DNA of 64,000 bases from Octopus sinensis (Eukaryota). The DNA lies in NCBI RefSeq assembly GCF_006345805.1, contig NC_042997.1:178870001-178934000 (forward strand). Direction: 5' to 3'. Positions 48,801 to 61,490 of the stretch are shown piece by piece; position 1 is the stretch's first letter; each line of letters starts with the position of its first letter. A program made the position numbers and the translations under genes. The notes beneath the pieces were generated by a model. The model was not told where the DNA came from and searched no databases. It saw nothing but the letters and a program-made list of their open reading frames with translations.

Positions 48801-50609
48801 TCACAATTTACAGAAATCTGTTTTGAGTTAATATTAATTTGTATTCAGAGGTTATCTCTCTTGGGATACTGTAGACAGAGTTAATCCTTAAGATAATAAA
48901 TTTCCTCTCCGCTTTCTAGATGGCAATTAAATCGTTGATAATTTAATGATTCACTGATTTTTGCATCAGTTTCCAATAATACTTTATTAGTTTTCATCTG
49001 TTCACAGGAGATTAAGGGCTGCATTATCAAAAATAGTGCTGCGTATTCTACAATTATTCAAAAATATATTGGATAATACACTCCGAGAAAAACTCCTCAT
49101 TTGAGAGAGTCTGTGACAGACTGCATTTTCGAAAGTTTCTTTCACTTTTAAGACACTACAGTGCGATAATTCAAGGTTAGTATACAGTCTCTCTTTGATT
49201 CGTTTTCATATAGTACATCAAAAATAGTGAATCCGACACCTTTGGCTTTTTTCCTGGTATGTAGAATTCGCAACTTAGTCTTGCATTTATTTTTTTGGAT
49301 CAGATTTATTGCGTGCAGCCGATCGATCAGTCATTGAGAAAATGGTAGAAATGGTAAATATTCAAGCACATTTGACTTATTTTGAATCAGTTAATGAAAA
49401 ACAGTGTTTGCAAAAGTCGCAGAAATGATATTTCATTCGAAAGGATGATGTTTTTAAGAAAGAAGTAATGTAAGAGAACGGAAACTTCAATCGCAGTGTA
49501 GTTAAGCATGTTCTTATGACGCTATGAAATCCAGCACTATATGGGTGAGTTGTAATAAGACTTGCTTTATGCTTCAAAAGTTACAATTATTGCGTGATAA
49601 AGACATTATTTATTAGTTAGAAAGTAGAAGAGATTGATTCGATATATCTATCTAGAATCATTGTCCATACAAAGTATTCATATATCATAACTCAAAACTC
49701 TAGGGAAGTTTTGATAATGATTTATGATGCAAAAATAAACAAAATTTTCCTTCTCAAAGGATATAATAATTTTCCAGAATCTTGCAGCTTCCTTTTCGTA
49801 TGATTATAAAATACTGCTATGCATTTATGTAATTCCGTTTAATGTAGCATGTTTGTTATTATATCTGCTCACCAAGACTTTTTTATGAGAAATACTGCCA
49901 GACTAGAGAACATAAAAGTCTTCTAGTGACTGGCTCTGGACTGTGTCTCAATAGTTTATCAGTGTCAATAAACATCATAAACTACTGATGAAATATTTAA
50001 AATATAGTTTTTACAAAATCGCAAAAGCAACATCAGCAATAAACGTCAAGAGCAGCAGCCTGAAAAAAAAAAAGCACAAAGCAAAAAAGCAAAACTAAAC
50101 ACACCGACAACAGTAGACAGATTATCATTAATTTTCGTCTTCCTTCTACACTCTATTATCTCCTTCAACCTCCTCCCCGGCATCGTGATCATTTTTACAC
50201 CGACCACGACCAAAACAACCACCTCCGCCGTCACCAGTAGCACACCACCAGCAACAGCACCAACAACAATATAGGAACAATACAAAGGAGAAAAAAAATG
50301 ATTTAAAATATGGAAACGAGGAGCTATACCAAGAGGTATCACATTATACTAAGCAACAGAGTGTATATTGTTCATATTGTAAAGTAGTGTTGAAGATAAT
50401 GGAAGCCAAAATATTTTAGGAGTAGATAGAAACCAGAAACCTATAAGCAAATGGGAAAATAGATGCTAATAAACAGAAATTAGTAAATAAATTACTATTA
50501 ATTAAATTTACATTCATAATAACGAGGAAACAATCAGTATCTTAAAGTGTAATTGTAGCCTAGGTGAGGCAACCCATAAATATAGACCAAAATTACTCTA
50601 ACTGAGGTA

Positions 50610-50955
50610 TCTATTATTTATACATATATTTAAATATATAAATATATTCACATGTACATATACACACACACACAAGCACATACACAAACACACACGAACG
50701 CATATACGCATATAAATATATAAATATATTCACACATACATATACACACACAAACACACACACAAGCACATACACAAACACACATGAACGCATATACGCA
50801 TATAAATATATAAATATATTCACACGTACTTATACACACACAAACACACACACATGCACATACACAAACACACCCGAACGCATATACGCATATAAATATA
50901 TAAATATATTCACATGTATATATACACACACAAACACACACGAACGCATATACGT
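50610..50955. repeat. 90-bp minisatellite built from microsatellite-like units (~3.7 copies)
   Basis: GAACGCATATACGCATATAAATATATAAATATATTCACA recurs at 50696, 50786 and 50876. Confidence 0.9.
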
Positions 50956-51452
50956 ACATTATATGTATACATGAAGTATATATAACTATATATTTATATA
51001 TTCATACATATATACACACACATATATACTCATGTACCACTCAGGCATATATATTAGAAACCATGTAGGATAATCATCATATATGTGTGTATATACACAT
51101 GTGTGTGTGTATATATACATGAATGTTTGTGTGTGGAAAAGAACTAGATGGGACCATATGAATATTAGCAAAAATGTCCAATGAGAACGTTTGGCAGAAG
51201 CAAACACGATTTTCTGATCGATAAAAAATACTTAGGTAATATCCGCAAATCCAGCTTGAGTACATTGACTGCCGAACGCTAATATAGCGACGGTAACATG
51301 TTTTCTTATTGTAGTTTTTTTAAAATCAATAAACTACATTTTATTGTGTTGTTTAGTGTAGTCTGCGCTTTGTAGCTCATAGTTATATATGTTTATTGAT
51401 TCTTATATACACATAAACAAAGACACATGAACACTTTCAAATACAGACATCG

Positions 51453-51453
<1 letters not shown>

Positions 51454-51506
<53 letters not shown>

Positions 51507-51753
51507 CATATATATATATATACATATATATACATATATATATATATATACATATATAATATATACATATATATACATATATATATATATATACATATAT
51601 ATACATATATATATATATACATTACATATATATATATACATTACATATATATATATACATTACATATATATATATACATTACATATACATTATATATACT
51701 ATATATATGTGCATTATATATACTGATATTTATATATACAATACATATACTTG

Positions 51754-51787
<34 letters not shown>

Positions 51788-51858
51788 ATAATATATATAT
51801 AGTTATACTTATATATATGTACATTATATATACATATAAATAAATATACATTATACAT
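51454..51858. repeat. Long degenerate (TA)n/(TACA) tract
   Basis: Directly visible. Confidence 0.95.
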
Positions 51859-51859
51859 A

Positions 51860-52180
51860 TAACTTAGATAACTTAGATTGGTTTCGGCGATTATCGGCCC
51901 AAACCATGTCTAACTCAATAGCATCACCTGGAAAAGTTTTTTAGTTAATTATTTCGGGACACCATGGAACACTCGAGCAGAGAGCTGTTGGTTGAGGCGT
52001 ATACAGGTGTAGGTGGTTTATCCGGTATTTCCTGGAGGAATTTGTCCAGGTACCGTTTGAAAGTTGTGGGGTCGTGTTCTACTTTAATTTCGTTTGGGAT
52101 AACATTGAAAAGTGCCGGACCATTTGCAGTGAAGAAATTATGTCACATTTTTTTGTGATGTGATCTCGACGTTCGTAAGG
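51860..52180 (-). mobile_element. CR1/L2-group LINE 3' end with short tandem tail
   Basis: Minus strand HNFFTANGPALFNVIPNEIKVEHDPTTFKRYLDKFLQEIPDKPPTPVYASTN; the 3' UTR ends CCGAAACCAA-TCTAAGTTA-TCTAAGTTA. Confidence 0.82.
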
Positions 52181-52334
52181 GATGTATATATAAATATAAA
52201 TACAAAATGGGACAAGAACGCAAAACATTCAGAAGGCGATACAAAAAACACGTTCTCTCTCTCCCCCCTCTCTCTCTGTCTCTATATATAAAATATTATA
52301 TACATAGTTATATATTTTATGAATATTTATATAT

Positions 52335-52475
52335 TGCTTGGTAACTTATGTTGGTGTATTTACGTCGCCGTAACTTAGCTGTTCTGCAACACGACCTCTT
52401 GGGAGGTCGATTTGTTCGACTAAAGGCAGTGCTTCATCATGGCCGCAGTAAAATGTTTGAAACAAGTAAAAGAAT
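52335..52475 (+). mobile_element. Family B SINE 3' part
   Basis: TTGGTGTATTTACGTCGCCGTAACTTAGC...GGTCGATTTGTTCGACTAAAGGCAGTGCT...GAAACAAGTAAAAG. Confidence 0.75.
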
Positions 52476-52675
52476 TTTTAAAAAATGATAACGAATTTAC
52501 TTGAGACACTTGAAGTACTGAAGCGAGCAAAGCTGTCGGGTTCTTTAAATATATTATCAGTTGCTCAGTTGGTAGTTGGACTTCATTTCGATGTGATAAC
52601 TTGCTAACTGGATTGCATTCGTCAGGTAGCATTTAGATATTCTTTTGCTACGACAGTTATTAGTACTATATAACT

Positions 52676-53060
52676 GGACGTTATCAAAGAAGCTTGAGAG
52701 GCAGTTGGATGGAACCTACACTCGCCTCCTTATGATAGCTCCATCTCGTGGAAGCGCCATCCAACCAAAATGCAAATATATGGGAAACTACCACCTGTGT
52801 CATCTCTTGTGAAAGGTAGGAGAGTCCAGTTTGCTGGACATTGTTGTAGAGCTGAAAAAGAAGTAATTTCTACTCTTCTCCTCTGGAAGCCATCTACTCG
52901 CAATACCAGAGGGCGCACACTCTCCTACCCTGATGTAATCTCCAGGGATACAGGCATCCAGCAACAGGACCTCCGTAATGCCATGATGGACCGTGAAGTC
53001 TGGCGTAGCATGGTAAATCCCTTTGTCTCGACCACGGTCGAACAATGATGAATGATGATG
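52676..53060 (+). mobile_element. 5'-truncated RTE-clade LINE with perfect TSD
   Basis: WTLSKKLERQLDGTYTRLLM/ISWKRHPTKMQIYGKLPPVSSLVKGRRVQFAGHCCRAEKEVISTLLLWKP...DLRNAMMDREVWR, with a (TGA)n tail. TSD ACTATATAACT at 52665-52675 and 53061-53071. Confidence 0.92.
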
Positions 53061-53944
53061 ACTATATAACTTCCTTAACAACACTGAAAATGAAACAAAA
53101 TACAGGCTTTCTTCTGGGAGATTAAAATTTGCGGGTTCCTCGCTAATTAATTGAAAATGTTAGACCAATTAACCGGGCGGGGTTACAGTAAATGAACGTA
53201 ATATATTTGCGATACTGATGCAGCCACTTCGGGTTATGAAGGGCAAAATGATTCACGCTCTTTTACAAACTACTTTAAAATCGAGCACTCTAAATATAAC
53301 ATGCGGCTCTACTATTTATGAATATCCAACCGTTTAAAATAATTTCTGTAAAAAAAAAAAAATTCATGGAAAAAAATTCCATGAAAAATATACTTCATAA
53401 AAAACACAACTATTTAATGAACGCATATGAAGTGGAATATGCACACTTATCAACAAATGCTTTACTTCTCTTTAAAATTAGTTTTAGTTTACTTTTCCTC
53501 TCTTTTATTTAGTTCAGTAACGTTTATTTGTCAATATATTTCAATCCAATTATAGACCTCACGTATTTCCCACCAAAAAAAAATAAATAAATAAATAAAT
53601 AAAAAATGAAAAGGAAAAGCAATATGCTAAGGAGCAAGAAAAACAACAACAACACCCTCCTTGAATAACATCGGTAAATAAATAGAGTAAATGAACGGAA
53701 CTTTTCAATAATTGTTGGCAATTGAGAACAGGTATGTTTAATATACGTGACTTGAAGTATAATTGTACAATACCAATTACTTAACGAAATCGTTTATAGC
53801 AACTGTGTTGTATGTTCAAAGCACATTATACAATTACGCAACGCATTTTGTCTTAATAATATAAACTCTTATTCACAATTTGAACATAATATCATAACTT
53901 CACAACTATTTAAAGAATGTTTTCCCCGTTGGTTTTCATTTTGA

Positions 53945-54325
53945 ATCTTCTTCTTCTTCATCTACTTCTTCTTCTATTTCTTCTTCATCATCAACATCTA
54001 CTTCTCCATCATAATCATCTACTTCTTCTTCTTCTTCTTCATCATCAACATCTACTTCTTCTTCTTCTTCTCTTCTTCATCATCATCATCATCTACTTCT
54101 TCTTCTTCATCATCATAATCATCTACTTCTTCTTCTTCTTCATCATACCATCTACTTCTTCTTCTTCTTCATCATCATCATCATCTACTTCTTCTTCTTC
54201 TTCTTCTTCTTCATCATCATCATCATCTACTTCTTCTTCATCATCATAATCATCTACTTTTTCTTCTTCATCATCATCATCTACTTCTTCTTCATCATCA
54301 TCATCATCATCATCTACTTCTTCTA
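53945..54325. repeat. Patterned (TCT)n(TCA)n trinucleotide tract with recurring CATCTAC junctions
   Basis: Directly visible. Explains ORF 53917..54249. Confidence 0.92.
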
Positions 54326-54350
54326 ATTACTACAAATACTACTAATATTA

Positions 54351-54906
54351 AATGCCCTGATGCAGTACCAGGCAGTGGCTCCCATGGCTTCTCATCATAA
54401 CTGATTGGAAGTGTTATCATGTACATTGTTTTGTCTTGGTATAACAGATGGACGATAGCAAATATTCTGCTCAATACCACAGATTTGTTTGTCAGTTGTT
54501 TGATCTTAAGCAGTTGAGCATGTCCCTTAGTGGCTGACGATATGTGCATCTCTGATCATGAGCGGAAGTAGTCGGGAGCATCATAGCCATGTGTTGAGAG
54601 GGATTCTTTGAGGTTTGAATAATTCACCTCTGGAAACATGGGTGGTTCGTTCAACATGCTTAAACAACCCTTATTCAGGGACCTTTGAGCAGGATGGGTT
54701 ACTCGACCAGCAGAAAATTCTAACTGGGCCCCACCTGCAAGGTCATGTGCTGTTTATCTTGATATGAGATCACCATGTCGTGCACATATGGTGGTAATGC
54801 ATGTGCCTAGTGTATCCTTATCAGACTGGTAGTCATGATGGCTATACTGGGCTTCGTATATTTTTACCCCAGTGTCACTTTAATGGCATGCACTGCTCTC
54901 TCACTC

Positions 54907-54908
<2 letters not shown>
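54351..54908. mobile_element. Family F element copy 2, followed by (TAA)n
   Basis: Same termini and body as 30381-30939. Confidence 0.9.
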
Positions 54909-54962
<54 letters not shown>

Positions 54963-55049
54963 TAATTTCTACTATAGACACAAGGAGCCAAAAGTAAGAT
55001 GAAAATATAAAAAAAATGAGATACAACATACAAAACAAGTAGTGTTTCT

Positions 55050-55730
55050 ATCGATTAAGCGTAAACACTACAACATTAGAAGATATAACAAAAGGATATA
55101 TGAATAGAAAATACAAAAATAAATAATTAATAAATAGAATCTTCAATAGAGGAGTAGTCCACTTAAAGTAATTCCAGAGTAAATCCAACACAAAATGCCC
55201 CTTATTACTCTGCCAACTCCAAGCCGCGGGAGGTACCATCTTCCAAGTTCTTCCCTCCTACATAGAAAAACTTACTCAGCGCAGGTTTTATCAGTCTCAC
55301 AAGTTTTATCAGTCTCCTTCACCTTTTGATATATACATTTGAAGGCAGTACCTCCTTGCCTACCGTCACCTTCCCTTTCAAATGATATTTGAAGAAATTG
55401 AGGGCATCTTGGTCAGAAAGGAATGTACCAGTCTACAAGCATTTCAGATTGGTTCGTCGCACATCCTCTTTTGCCACAGTCACTAAACAGAGAATGATTT
55501 CACTACCGTTGCTATAGGAAGTGGCGCATTGATCTTAGCTATACATTCAGCGGACAACAAGATTCGTCTTATACGAGATAGAAATTACTCAACACGATGC
55601 CACAAGTCTCAAATGCACGGATATTGAACGATTGCATGCATCTTGGACTGGTTCAACTGTTGGCATTTCCATGCCTGACGAGCTTGTCCCGAACAGGCAA
55701 TGTCCACGTATAGCACTGCCATGCCTAAGT
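55050..55730 (-). mobile_element. L1/Tx1-clade LINE C-terminal remnant (zinc-binding region) plus 3' UTR
   Basis: Minus strand AWQCYTWTLPVRDKLVRHG...HAIVQYPCI.DLWHRVE...LCLVTVAKEDV...TGTFLSDQDALNFFKYHLKGKV...LPSNVYIKR. Confidence 0.7.
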
Positions 55731-56886
55731 CTTTAGAAATTGTCATACTCAAGATCAAAGAAACGAAAAACAAAACAAACAAACAAATAACAACAACTTA
55801 GAACTGCACATGAAGACGTATATTCTAACAGTTTAAAAATCTTTAAGTGTAATAAATATTATGAGAAATCCTAGTTGTTTCCAGAAGAGTCCAGGGGTCT
55901 TGAAAATGCTTACATTGATGTGGATTTCAATTGTAGCCTGAAGTAGATACAATGAAATTAGTTTCATTGCTGCAGACATTATTCGGATTTATTACAGAAT
56001 TAAATGTAAAATTCAGAAGAAAAAAATCAAGTCAAACTTGGAGAGAGACTAATTAATTAAGAACATTAATACTATACTTCAATTAAACTAACATAAATAA
56101 GAAAGGTAGAAAAACAAGCTTATTTAAGAAATGGACAGAATAGAACTAAAAAATAATGAAAGAGAACTGATGTAAAGATTATTATGGATGTGATAGAATA
56201 ATATTAAGAACAAAGTTTACAGATAAAAACAAGAATTATAACAGGCGTATAAAATATACCATATAAAATCATACAGAGAGATTATATTTATCACAAATGT
56301 AGGGTGAGAGAGGCCTTAGGCCACTCGAATACCGAATACCTTTGCATATATTAAAGAAAAATTATTGAAAAATCTACAATATACGAACAAGGCATCCTTT
56401 CCTGTTCCCAGGAAACTAACAAATACGAAGCAAACACTGACATGACAAACTTTTGAGAGGAAAAGCAGATGCTACAGAAATTGCAGAAATGTAAAGATGT
56501 ATGCTATAATCAGGGTCAGAGCAAGCTATGCCGATATAATGATGAGGAAAAGGAGCTTTATAGGACCGACGGATAAAAAAGTTGATCAAGACGGAAGTAT
56601 GCGAAGGTTACAGAAGAATACAGCTGATTCTTTATTATTGATTATTGCACAAATGAGACTACAGAAAATGGGTAATAGAGTAAAATACATTTAGTAATTG
56701 CAGAATATGAGGATGTTGGGGGGGGGGGGAATGAATCTAAAGTCATAACTGAGTTTGAGGTTTTCATACCAGGAAGTTATTCCAAAATCGTGAAACTCCC
56801 CAAAAGTGACGGTATAAACATACACCAGAAAACGTGTCATACGATAAGAAAACAATCATATACGGTGGAATGTTAATTAATCAACA

Positions 56887-57065
56887 GGCGCAGGCGTGGC
56901 TGTGTGGTAAGAAGTCTGCATACAACCAGATGGCTCTGGGTACAGTCCCGCCGCATAACATCTTCAGCAAGTAACTGTTTTCCACTATAGCCGCGAGCCA
57001 ACTAAAGTCTTGTGACTGGATTTGGTTGACGGATACGGAAAGAAGCTCATTGTGTGTTTGTGTGT
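56887..57065 (+). mobile_element. Family B SINE 5' half
   Basis: GGCGCAGGCGTGGCTGTGTGGTAAGAAG...CTATAGCCGCGAGCCAACTAAAGTCTTGTGACTGGATTTGGTTGACGGA. Confidence 0.8.
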
Positions 57066-57136
57066 GCAAGTGTATATATATAATTACGCTTTATATTCGC
57101 GACAATAAATGCATATGTATCTCAGTCTGTCTCTCA

Positions 57137-57220
<84 letters not shown>

Positions 57221-57224
<4 letters not shown>

Positions 57225-57481
57225 TAAGCAATAAGGGTTTAGCAACGAGTTGCCTTACCACATACCGAATTTAGAAATAGCAGTCAAAGGGTTATAGCTA
57301 TTTCTTCTACTAAGCTATAACCCTTTGACTGCTATTTCTAAATTCGGTATGTGGTAAGGCAACTCGTTGCTAAACCCTTATTGCTTAGTATTACTTAAAT
57401 TTTCCTCGAATGAGGCTTTTACATGCCGAAGACTACTTGGTGTAATTGATAATTTTTCCAAATTAATTAATTTCACCCTTC

Positions 57482-57483
<2 letters not shown>
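57221..57483. repeat. Insertion in (TA)n containing a perfect 79-bp inverted repeat
   Basis: Arms 57221-57299 and 57313-57391 are exact reverse complements with a 13-nt spacer. (TA)n lies on both sides. Confidence 0.95.
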
Positions 57484-57516
<33 letters not shown>

Positions 57517-59426
57517 TATAGATAGATAGATATATATATGTATGTATGTATGTATGTGTAATTACGTAAAATCATATTTAAAACACTCGAAAATTAAATT
57601 GAGGTGTCACTCAACACTTTTCAGTAGTATACCATATATATTTACTTCTTCAAGGAAAAATTCTGACAGTAACTTCGATGTTTCTACGTATACATACATA
57701 CATGCATGCGTGTGTGTGTTTAGTCAGACTCATCAGCAGGCACACGCAGGTCTTTACCATTTCCACTTAAAGTCAATCCAGGATACACTTTTGCCTCACA
57801 CTCGTATAATCGCAATGTGTGACATCCTCTTTGATTTGCTTGCATACTAAACACTTAAAATTTCACCTCTCAAACAGCTTTGGTGCTTTTTCTGGGGTGG
57901 GTGATATTGTTACATGTAAAACAATGGACAAATGAACTAACAACGCAATAACTGAACATTAAACACACGCACAGCATTTCTCTTGATATCACTATTCTGA
58001 AGTCACAATATTCCCAGAAATGCTTTGAGTGTTACCACATCCTCCCAGACTTACAAAAGCAGAAAAAAATTTGGACATTGAGAGATGTGCATAAAAATGT
58101 GTCTCTGAATTCTAAAGTGCAATACTACCTCATGCCTTCTCCATCTTCTGCTCTCTCACTTTCTATTTCTACATTTTCTTTTCTTCAGATACATCAGTAG
58201 TTGATTTAAGCATTGCACTGATAAAATGGTTAAAGACGGCAGGGAAATGTATTGAGAACGAGGGATTATTATTATTTTTTATCTTCACACCGAACAGTGA
58301 AATCAGGCGGAAGATTACGTTAATGAAAATTTAGCTATTCACACTCACTCCCTTCAGGCCTTTTTCTTCTTCGTCTTTACGTTATTTTATTATCTCAAAA
58401 CGAAAGAAAAGAAAGAGTTTGTATTTCATGTTGGAACGCTGATATTTAAAAGAATATCAGTAGTAAGAAAACAAAAACTGTGTAAAAAATATATATAAAG
58501 TCAAAGAAACGAGATACCACTTTCAAAGCTTTTAAAATTGACTGAACTTTTTATGTGTTATTCAGTGAATGTATGGAACTGGAGTATAAATTAGAGAAAA
58601 TATTAATCCTTCTGAAATTATACGTTCGTCAGTCTGTTTTCACAGTATAATGTTATTTAGTGTTTGTTTATCTTTTTCTGATTTTGGTTCTCTTTTTTTA
58701 AAAAAATTTATCTAAGTTGTTAGAGACAGCCTTTAGTAGATTTAAACTGCTCTGTTATGGCCATAGATTAAGTTAATCTTCGTGACAATAGGAAAAGGAT
58801 ATTCGAATAAATAAATTTATCAGTAGGTCTTTTTATAACGTTTCAGTCTATATTTTGTTGCTCGTATTATAAAATCAGTCCAGAACTTTCATTTGTTTTC
58901 GACGGTCGGCCAATATAACCAACATTTTCCCCCTATTTTCAACAAAGTAGAATAGTTAATGAAACAACCAAATAGGATTAACTAATTCAGGCCAAAATAT
59001 AACGCTAAATTGTGCTTCGTCAAAAGGTAGACATTTTTAAATAGCTATACCAGCGATGATGAAATAGAAAGTAAAAGAAACAAACAGTACAAAGCTAAAC
59101 AAATAGGTGTCTACTACTGATGTATTTGTATCGGATGGGGTGCTGACTAGTAGTGTGATGGGAACAAAGCCAGATACTCAGAGAATCTAGGCTGAAAATA
59201 TAATTACTTGTGTTTTAAAAGAAAGGCTGCGACACTGTTTCATTTTATATCTGCTCTGTACTACATAATAAACCTTTCCCAACTGTGCTGCAAGGCAATC
59301 AACAAACATAGTATGTGTGTTAAAAGTTAGTGGCTTCCAATGAAGTATTGTTATTAGATATTAAAGCTCGGTCGAAGTATTGGTTTATTTGCAAAACACA
59401 AAAAAGGAAAAAAGAGTAACACACAC

Positions 59427-59469
<43 letters not shown>

Positions 59470-59951
59470 ATATATATATAGATATAGATATATGTATATA
59501 TATATATATACACGTCTGTGTGTGTATGTGCGTGTACTACAGGGAAAGATAATGTAGAGAAATAAATTAAAAACAAAATAGCCAGCTCAAGCGGATAACG
59601 ATTCAGAAAGTCAAAATCTAAAAGAAAAAATAACAAAAAACAAAACAAAAAGCAAACTGTTAAATACATCAAATAAGAACAAAGAAAGATAGAAAAGTAC
59701 ACTGCAAAAAAAAAATGAGAAATAAAAAATAATTATAACATGTAAAAGAATCAATGTAACGGGCGAATTCAATGCGAAGTCCATTAAGAATAAACAGTGA
59801 GTGGTGGCTGGGACCACTTGTATAGCAAGCGTTTAGAAACTACATATTTATCTGGGAGTTTCAGACACCAGTAATTTTAACATTGTGAATTATTATATTG
59901 TTGACCTAATAGTGTTTTATTTTGTCATTTAAGCACGATGGAGGGAATGTG

Positions 59952-59953
<2 letters not shown>

Positions 59954-60012
<59 letters not shown>
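59954..60012. repeat. (GA)n microsatellite
   Basis: Directly visible. Confidence 0.95.
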
Positions 60013-60014
<2 letters not shown>

Positions 60015-61459
60015 GTGGTTATCACATTTTATGCCAACTCACTCCGCCTTTACATTGAGAAGTAGAGGCAATGGCGAAGTTAATTTTAGAGCAGTAAAGA
60101 CTATTGTTATTGCTGCTGCTTTTGTTGTTGGTATTAGTGTTGCTTTGCTTCCACATAAGCCTTGATATAGCATACATTTGATCAAAGCTCGTTCAGCCGT
60201 GTGCATCTCGTCATGTTTTCAGTTCTCTGGCACATTGGACTACAAAATTTCAAAGTAACCTTATTTTTCAAGAGAGTAAAGTGTTTATTTTGCGGGAAAT
60301 TTGACTGCAACTTTTGGCAGCTCAAGCGAATACACAGGGGTTTTACAATGAAAAAACCGTTCTATGTTGCCGTCTTTTTCTCTTCTTATTTTTCTGTTTA
60401 TCCTCGCCCTTTTCAAAGTAATCGGTGGTTAAATGTGCTTCAGCTGCGAGCATCCCATCGTTTTGTATAACAAGAACTACATTGTCCAATAAATATCAAT
60501 CTTTATTTAAGAGGATCGTGTGTAACTTGGAGAAAATTCGGTTGCTATTTCCAGCATGACGAACAATCACCTAGATATCCAACTCATTGGTTCGTAAAGG
60601 AAAACTGCTGAAGTAAGTGAAGAGAAAGAATAAGGATTCTAGATCTACGTTGGCAGATTCATAGTTAGTGAAGCTTTGTCAATTTGCCCACAGAAATATA
60701 TTTTATGTAATGAATGAGTGAGACCGGGTTTCTCAAAATGAATCACGTCAAATGTGTAAGTTACATCTCAAGTCTTAGTACAGTAATGTTCTGGAGTCTT
60801 TTCGGCATTTATTATATAATTCTCTGAACAACCTGAAACATGCTATACAAAGTTATATATCTAAGAAAATACTTTTAAAAAGCAGAAATAAAAGTAAAAG
60901 TGATGTTGCATATTTGCATTTGAATGAAGTGTGGTATAATAGATATATTTGATAATGTGGTATAATGTAACTTTCTTTGGTTACTGCCTTTTCGTCTGGT
61001 TCGAAAAACAAAACTAAATAAGCTACATGATATGATGTAAAATGACTATCCCTGGGGAACTTTACCTATGAACTCATCAATGCTAAATAACTGCTAACAA
61101 ACTAGGTTTAAATGCGAATCATTGTTTTATATTACGTAACAAAAAGATCGGCTTTGTGCCAATGTAAGAAATCAATATATAATTGTATACAAAACAATAG
61201 ACAACATATTTAACACATACGCACATATGTAATCACACGCACAAACACTAATGCTCAGTTTTTGTTTGTATGCGTCTCTTTGCGTATCCGTGCATGTATA
61301 TTTGCATGTCTGTAGAGAGACAAGTATCTAGCGAATGAAGATGAATGGCTAATCTGAATTATTAGTAAACACTGATTTGAATTAGCATTACACTACTTCA
61401 AAAGTTTTCTTGCCTGAAACTGAGGACGTCTGTGATTATAGATAAATAAATAGATAGAG

Positions 61460-61490
<31 letters not shown>

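Noticed and set aside
49290-49350. VQPIDQS resembling the pogo/Tigger QP.DQ motif
   Set aside because: Too short, and I could not extend it to other DDE motifs by eye.
53917-54249. Ser/His/Leu-rich ORF, or acidic protein on the opposite strand
   Set aside because: Pure trinucleotide low-complexity tract with no unique coding flanks.
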